Of a stretch of DNA of 64,000 nt, positions 58,286-64,000 are shown piece by piece. The notes under the pieces are model-generated. The model saw only the letters and a program-made list of their open reading frames with translations. It did not search any database and had not been told where the DNA came from. The translations under genes were made by a program, and so were the position numbers. Origin of the DNA: Shimazuella soli (GTDB taxonomy: Bacteria; Bacillota; Bacilli; Thermoactinomycetales; Thermoactinomycetaceae); contig NZ_JAKWBN010000001.1 in assembly GCF_022511585.1 (NCBI RefSeq), positions 170,269-234,268 of the forward strand, read 5' to 3'. How positions within the stretch are numbered: the first letter of the stretch is position 1; every line of letters begins with the position of its first letter.

Positions 58286-59035
58286 TTAAACATCAATGAT
58301 CGATCTAGCAATTCTAAATCCGATATCATCTATATGAAAATCAGGCATACTCTTACGTCGGCAAGTAGCTCCGCATCCCCGCTCTTCTTCAGCCCAGCTT
58401 CCTCCGCGAATAATTCTGTAATTGCCAAATGTCTCTGCATCGTATAAATCCCAGCACCACTCCCAAACATTTCCGATCATGTCGTATAAGCCCCATTCAT
58501 TAGGCATTTTCTCCCCGACATGGTGTGGTTGTCCAAGCGAATTATTTTTATACCACGCTATTTCATCCATTTCACCATATCGATACCCTTTTGTATTTGC
58601 CTTACATGCAAATTGCCATTCAGCGTCTGTCGGCAAACGAAATCCATTCGCACCATCAATGCAAACTACTTCTTTACTTTTGTTATCTATTTCATAAAAC
58701 TTATCAAAACCAAGTTCGTCAGACAGTAAATTGCAAAATAACACTGCGTCCATCCATGAGACATTCACAACTGGTTTTCGGGCTTCCGTTGTACTTACAT
58801 TCTTTCCGCTAATAACTGCATATAGTTCTTCTGTCACTGGATATTTGGCAAGAAAAAATGGTTCGATGGATGCATCCCAAATAAGCTCTTTTAAATTTTT
58901 TCTACTGCCTGGCATTCCAAATTTATAGTTGGAACTAATCCATTTTTGCTCATTTCGAAAATCCCGAAGGCGAGTCTCTCCTTTAGGGATGTATACCATT
59001 ATCTCTTTTAAGTGGTCATATAAGTTAGGAAACAT
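58286..59035 (-). CDS. formylglycine-generating enzyme (FGE-sulfatase / SUMF1 domain) family protein
   Basis: RGGSW...W motifs and GNVWEWC. Confidence 0.7.
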   Translation of the reverse strand: MFPNLYDHLKEIMVYIPKGETRLRDFRNEQKWISSNYKFGMPGSRKNLKELIWDASIEPFFLAKYPVTEELYAVISGKNVSTTEARKPVVNVSWMDAVLFCNLLSDELGFDKFYEIDNKSKEVVCIDGANGFRLPTDAEWQFACKANTKGYRYGEMDEIAWYKNNSLGQPHHVGEKMPNEWGLYDMIGNVWEWCWDLYDAETFGNYRIIRGGSWAEEERGCGATCRRKSMPDFHIDDIGFRIARSIIDV

Positions 59036-59150
59036 CGTCTTCTCCGTTTTTAATAATTTGTTATCTACTTTTATTCCCTGACAGTACTTGTCACGGAAGT
59101 TTCTTTATTATAAAGGAAAAAAGTCAGATAAAAGGTGGTGAAATATATCG

Positions 59151-59864
59151 ATGGCAAAAATGAATCAAACCAAAGGCCTTGTATTCATTCATGGTGCAGG
59201 TTTACATAGTAGCATTTGGTCAGAAGTATCAACACAAATGAATTACCCAGTTTTACAGCTTGCTTTCCCAACAAAATCCACGAAAAAACGGACCTTAGAA
59301 GATTATATTTACTTCATGCAGCAACAGGTAGAAGCATGGGAAGTTGAAAAGTTTGTGATTGTTGCTCATTCCATAGGAGGGCTGCTCGGTTTAAGGTTTG
59401 CTAATATATTTCAAGATCGTGCAGTGGGATTTGTTGCAATTGGGGCGGCTATTCCGCAACAAGGCAGCTCATTTCTGTCGATCTTTCCTTTTGCAAAACA
59501 GTTGTTGATGAAGATAATGTTACATGTTTTTGGGACAAGACCACCTAAATCAGTGATTCGACGAGGGTTGTGCAATGACTTAACAAATGATCAGGCAGAT
59601 GAGATTGTAAACTCATTTAATCCGGAGTCCATACATCTTTATATAGATCGTTTGGGAGATTCTATACCCGATATAGAGAAAATATATGTAAAACTGATGA
59701 ACGATCAAGAATTTCCCCCTCTGTTGCAGGATCAAATGATTGCCAATCTATTACCCCAAAGGATTGTCGAATTAGAAACTGGACATTTGCCCATGGTAAG
59801 TAATCCAAACCAATTGGGTTTGATTATTAACGATTTTATGGACACTATGATGAAACGAAATTAG
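59151..59864 (+). CDS. alpha/beta-fold hydrolase (esterase-like)
   Basis: HGAG oxyanion region and AHSIGG nucleophile elbow. Confidence 0.65.
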   Translation: MAKMNQTKGLVFIHGAGLHSSIWSEVSTQMNYPVLQLAFPTKSTKKRTLEDYIYFMQQQVEAWEVEKFVIVAHSIGGLLGLRFANIFQDRAVGFVAIGAAIPQQGSSFLSIFPFAKQLLMKIMLHVFGTRPPKSVIRRGLCNDLTNDQADEIVNSFNPESIHLYIDRLGDSIPDIEKIYVKLMNDQEFPPLLQDQMIANLLPQRIVELETGHLPMVSNPNQLGLIINDFMDTMMKRN

Positions 59865-60124
59865 GTATTAACTTTTTTAATTATTTTAAATAAAAGTTAC
59901 CGATAAATATTACTTTTTTGTTACTCGGCAATTTTTTTATTTCTCTTTTGGATTGTATATGAAATAGGAGAATTTATTAATTAAAATGCTGATGACTGAA
60001 GTATTTTTTTGTACTCACTACTGATCTAGCGGCTTCTGTACACAAAATATTTATTGCATAAATGGAAAAGAAACATTAAAATGACCATAGTCATAATTGA
60101 CCATGGTCATTTTTTATAAGGAGA

Positions 60125-60712
60125 TTGGGGATGCTAAGAGAAAACCGAAAAAAGCAAACGAGAGAATCTATTATCAAACATGCCATTGCTCTGTTTAAAC
60201 AAAAAGGATATGAAAATGTAACGGTAGAGGAAATCACGATAGCCTGTGGGATTGCAAAGGGTACTTTCTTTAATTATTTCCCCAAAAAAGAACATATCTT
60301 ATTGTATATCACGGATACATATATGAACCGTTTAAATGAAGTTATACAACTTCATCCAGAAGGGTCGCTGAAAGAACGGGTACTTCATATCTTTCGAGAA
60401 TTGGTGATGATTTATTTCAAATATCCAGATTTACTCGGCCTCACATTGGAGGAAACCATTCGATCCACTGTTCGTACAGAAACAGAATCAAACAACCTCA
60501 GAAAGTTTCAGACTGCATTGGCTCAATTGATTGACGAAGAGAAAGAAAACAATGAGCGCTTCAAAAATTGGGATAGCGATACGGCGGCTTCTATTTTGGT
60601 AGATATTTTTATCCATACACTTTTGACTCAATCAGCATCGCTGCATGCTGAAACAATGATGGAGCTATTTCAGCGAAAATTGAATATCATCTGGGAGGGC
60701 TTAGCAAGGTGA
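60125..60712 (+). CDS. TetR/AcrR-family transcriptional regulator
   Basis: HTH VTVEEITIACGIAKGTFFNYFPKKEH. Its stop overlaps the start of the next gene. Confidence 0.75.
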   Translation: MGMLRENRKKQTRESIIKHAIALFKQKGYENVTVEEITIACGIAKGTFFNYFPKKEHILLYITDTYMNRLNEVIQLHPEGSLKERVLHIFRELVMIYFKYPDLLGLTLEETIRSTVRTETESNNLRKFQTALAQLIDEEKENNERFKNWDSDTAASILVDIFIHTLLTQSASLHAETMMELFQRKLNIIWEGLAR

Positions 60713-61701
60713 ATAGATTAATAAAAATTATAAAAAGCAAGGTTTTTCTCATATTCGTTGTTTTGATTGCCTTTATTTACTTTAACAATACTTCCATCTT
60801 TAGTAAGCCATTGAGTGAGAAACCAAAATTATTGGCACACCGTGGTCTTGCTCAAACCTTTTCTATGGCAGGAATCAAAAATGATACCTGCACGGCTAAA
60901 CGCATCTTTTCACCAGAGTATCCCTATTTGGAAAATACAATTGCTTCGATGGAAAAGGCTTTTCATGATGGAGCGGATATGGTAGAACTTGATGTTCATG
61001 AGACAAAGGATAAGCAATTTGCTATTTTTCACGATTGGACATTAGATTGCCGCACCAATGTCCATGGCGTAACAAAGGATTATACGATGGCAGAATTAAA
61101 GAAAGTAGATATTGGCTATGGATATACTGCTGACAATGGAAAAACATATCCATTTCGTGGGAAGGGAATTGGACTGATGCCGTCTTTGACAGAAGTCTTG
61201 GACCATTTTCCAAATCAAGAACTTCTGATTGATGTAAAAAGTAGTGACCCAAAAGAAGGAGAGCTGCTGGCATCTTATTTATCCAAACTTTCAAAAGAGA
61301 GGCAAAGCAAGCTAACCGTGTATGGTGGTGACGAGCCTATTGCTGCTTTAAAAGAAAAGCTTCCAAATATGCGAGTAATGTCCAAAGCAACGATGAAAAG
61401 CTGTCTGATTCCCTATATCGCATTGGGATGGACAGGATATGTTCCAAGTGCTTGTGAGCATACAGAGTTACATATTCCTGAAAAAATCGGGCCTTGGCTA
61501 TGGGGTTGGCCGAATAAGTTTCTTAAGCGGATGGATCAAGCAAATACGAGAGTTATTGTCGTAGGGGGAGACGGGAGTGAGTTTTCCAGTGGATTTGATA
61601 CAGCAGAAGATATAAAACGACTGCCGAAGGATTATTCAGGCTGGATATGGACCAATCGAATTGATCGAATTGCTATGTTTTACCAACATATTCAAAAGTA
61701 A
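60709..61701 (+). CDS. membrane-anchored glycerophosphodiester phosphodiesterase-family protein
   Basis: LLAHRGLAQ... ENTIASMEKAF...ELDVHETKD are GDPD-like catalytic motifs. N-terminal TM helix. Confidence 0.65.
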   Translation: MNRLIKIIKSKVFLIFVVLIAFIYFNNTSIFSKPLSEKPKLLAHRGLAQTFSMAGIKNDTCTAKRIFSPEYPYLENTIASMEKAFHDGADMVELDVHETKDKQFAIFHDWTLDCRTNVHGVTKDYTMAELKKVDIGYGYTADNGKTYPFRGKGIGLMPSLTEVLDHFPNQELLIDVKSSDPKEGELLASYLSKLSKERQSKLTVYGGDEPIAALKEKLPNMRVMSKATMKSCLIPYIALGWTGYVPSACEHTELHIPEKIGPWLWGWPNKFLKRMDQANTRVIVVGGDGSEFSSGFDTAEDIKRLPKDYSGWIWTNRIDRIAMFYQHIQK

Positions 61702-61752
61702 AAGAAAAGACCGACTTGTTTATCCTTTAAGTAAAGGCAGTCGGTCACTTTT

Positions 61753-62163
61753 TTAAGAATTCCATTTTCTTTCTATATTTTCCACATAATCTTTTGCCTC
61801 TTTTAAACCAAGGTCATATTTTTCTCTTGCACGTTTAATCGCTTCTATTTTTTTGCCCTCTTGAACCAATTCTAAAAGTTGTGCATCGATTTCTTTCTGA
61901 CGTTGTATCCTCTCTTCTTTTCGGTTTTGTAGAAGCTCAGCTAGATCTTCATCGTGGTATTTGATGGGTTTTATTTTTTTATTTTCATAAGGGGAGGTTT
62001 CTAATTCCGTCATTAAGTCTGCATCAATGCCTAATCGGTTTACAAGGAGATGAATCAATTTTTCATTTTGAATTAACCGTTGTTCCAACTTATTATACTT
62101 TTGTATAGTGGTGACAAGCATTACTGTGATCAAAAGAATGATGATCCATGCCAAAGTTTCCAT
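61753..62163 (-). CDS. hypothetical protein with N-terminal TM helix and coiled-coil; the C-terminus resembles an L7/L12 C-terminal-domain-like fold
   Basis: ORF with a terminator downstream. Confidence 0.4.
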   Translation of the reverse strand: METLAWIIILLITVMLVTTIQKYNKLEQRLIQNEKLIHLLVNRLGIDADLMTELETSPYENKKIKPIKYHDEDLAELLQNRKEERIQRQKEIDAQLLELVQEGKKIEAIKRAREKYDLGLKEAKDYVENIERKWNS

Positions 62164-62259
62164 TTTCTTTCCTCCAATTACTTTTCAAATATTCCTATAA
62201 TTTACAATAAAATGTCTGGGAAATAAGCCGTTTGATTTCATTCAAACGGCTTTTCGCGG

Positions 62260-63624
62260 CTACTGATGATTCACTTCTAGTTTATCAGTTTCATTTTCCA
62301 GTGGATTATCTTCGAGGGGGATTTTTCGGACTACTAAAAGACGAGTAACGCTGTTGTGATCCATTTCTTGGACCGTAAACGTCAGGCCATCGTATTCTAC
62401 AAATTTTCCCACCTTGGGTACTTCTTGCAGACGGGAGAACACCCAACCCCCGATCGTATCATTGTCATCATCTTCAATGTCGATATGGAAATAGTCGTTT
62501 ACTTCCTCAATCAATAATCGAGCATCAATGGAAGTCTCGACTCCTTTTTGTTGGAAAAAGGGTCGTTCATCGTCAAATTCATCTTGGATTTCCCCGACGA
62601 TTTCCTCAATGATATCTTCTAATGTAACAAGACCAGAAGTGCCGCCGTACTCATCCACAACAATGGCCATTTCCGTTTTGTTTTTTTGCAGTGTTGCTAG
62701 GATATCTTTGATTTCCATCGTTTCCGGGACTAAAATGGCTGGACGAACGATTTGCGATAGTTGAACATCTTCAGATTCAATAATTCGTTCATAGACATCC
62801 CGTATGTGAATAATTCCGATGATGTCATCTTTATCTTTTCCGCATAGAGGAAAGCGGGTAAATTGACTCTCTTTTATAATTTCAATGTTGGAGGCGAGAT
62901 CGTCTCCTACATAAATACAAACCATATTTACACGCGGCACCATGACTTCACGCCCAACGCGATCTGCGAATTCAAAGATATTATCAAAAAGGGAAAGCTC
63001 CGTCTGATCGATCATTCCACTTTTATGACTCTGCTCGACAAGCATGCGGATTTCTTCTTCTGTATGAGCTTGTTGGTGGTCTTTTTCTAAAGGTACACCT
63101 AACAATTTTAAGATGAGGTTAGCAGAATGATTTAATAACCAAATAGCCGGCCTGAAGACGACAAAAAAGATTTGCATTGGTCTTGCAACAAGCAAAGTTG
63201 TGCCTTCAGCTTTCCTGATCGCAAGTGATTTTGGTGCCATTTCACCTAGTACAATATGTAGAAAGGTAATCACGATAAAGGCAATAATACTGGAAATGAT
63301 ATGTAAGACGCTGTTGGAAATATGGAAATTATCTAGTATTGGTTTTAATAACTCAGCAATTACACTTTCTCCAACCCAACCAAGACCTAATGAAGCTAAG
63401 GTGATGCCTAGCTGTGTAGCAGATAAATAGGCATCGAGGTCGAGCAACACTCTCTGTGCTAATTTTGCACTTACGTTTCCTTCTTCGGTTAGTTGAGCAA
63501 TTCGGGTAGAACGAACTCTTACCATTGCAAATTCAGATGCTACAAAAAAACCATTTAATAAAACAAGGAAAAATACGAGTGCTAGTTGTAAGATGAGACT
63601 AACCAGGTCATGGTCACTATCCAA
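62260..63624 (-). CDS. CNNM/TlyC-family protein (DUF21 TM domain + CBS pair + CorC_HlyC)
   Basis: Domain order is recognisable from the sequence ([13 protein letters not shown]..., tandem CBS, C-terminal transporter-associated domain). Confidence 0.8.
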   Translation of the reverse strand: MDSDHDLVSLILQLALVFFLVLLNGFFVASEFAMVRVRSTRIAQLTEEGNVSAKLAQRVLLDLDAYLSATQLGITLASLGLGWVGESVIAELLKPILDNFHISNSVLHIISSIIAFIVITFLHIVLGEMAPKSLAIRKAEGTTLLVARPMQIFFVVFRPAIWLLNHSANLILKLLGVPLEKDHQQAHTEEEIRMLVEQSHKSGMIDQTELSLFDNIFEFADRVGREVMVPRVNMVCIYVGDDLASNIEIIKESQFTRFPLCGKDKDDIIGIIHIRDVYERIIESEDVQLSQIVRPAILVPETMEIKDILATLQKNKTEMAIVVDEYGGTSGLVTLEDIIEEIVGEIQDEFDDERPFFQQKGVETSIDARLLIEEVNDYFHIDIEDDDNDTIGGWVFSRLQEVPKVGKFVEYDGLTFTVQEMDHNSVTRLLVVRKIPLEDNPLENETDKLEVNHQ

Positions 63625-63978
63625 TGATGGACAACCTCCTAAAAAGTAAGTATCAGATAAAATTATAACATAAGAAGACTATAGATCATCTGATGTTTTG
63701 ATAAATTTCTTCATAGTTCGTGTTTAGTAATTTCCAAATATCACGTATTAATTAGAAATATTATCCAATTTAGTTGAAAATGCCTACTTAGGGGTATTTC
63801 TCTTTATTATGTGCAGCACAAATTCAACTTAATAGGAATATCTTGGGGATAATTTTGTAAGGACGATCATAAATAATAGGGGAAGCGTTTTTTATTGCTT
63901 CCCCCTTCCTTGCATATAGCCCTCCTGAGCATTCTTAGGAGGGCACTTTGTGATACAATAAAGCAAGTGGAGGGAAAC

Positions 63979-64000
63979 ATGATGAGTACGTTTGATTTAA
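63979..64000 (+). CDS. 5' end of a gene continuing beyond the window
   Basis: GGAGGG RBS, then ATGATGAGTACG... Confidence 0.3.

Overview
The window looks like a low-GC (~38-40% GC), spore-forming Bacillales chromosome segment. Its backbone is partly syntenic with the Bacillus subtilis ytxG-ytxH-aroA-ccpA ... acsA ... tyrS-rpsD ... ytsP neighbourhood. Core genes: spoVIF-like, eukaryotic-type IDH, DUF948 (YtxG-like), YtxH-like, aroA, ccpA, mtnN, acsA, tyrS with a T-box leader, rpsD, trmB, a Nudix hydrolase, a thioesterase, ampS, ylaN, a Ca2+/H+ antiporter, Asp23, a yugN-like gene, an M20 amidohydrolase, spoVAC-spoVAD and a TlyC/CNNM-family protein. Several things stand out against that backbone. 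(1) Between acsA and tyrS sits a protein with an uninterrupted ~150-residue Asp tract and a His/Lys-rich C-terminus, followed by three tandem class A penicillin-binding protein genes. (2) Between aroA and ccpA is a 751-aa SseB-family ORF whose first ~45 codons are a TnpB (IS605-family) N-terminal remnant, expressed from a consensus promoter. (3) Several short islands of very high GC appear to come from a high-GC donor: a SmtA/BmtA-like metallothionein, a DUF475 membrane protein, a small membrane protein and an unknown 171-aa protein. (4) From ~31 kb to ~49 kb the region looks accessory. It holds tRNA-like fragments, an SPFH protein, an RNPP-type quorum regulator with an overlapping short ORF, and a PP2C-like gene split by a (GGAT)9 tract (candidate slipped-strand phase variation). 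It also holds a coiled-coil membrane-protein gene flanked by ~38-bp inverted repeats, with a consensus promoter abutting the repeat in the wrong orientation (candidate invertible switch), all inside ~41-bp direct repeats. (5) A ~400-bp GC-rich array of tandem palindromic hairpins lies upstream of spoVAC, and a dispersed ~100-215-bp intergenic repeat occurs twice. No CRISPR array, canonical tRNA or rRNA gene could be supported by eye. All calls come from reading the sequence and remembered family signatures; no searches were run.
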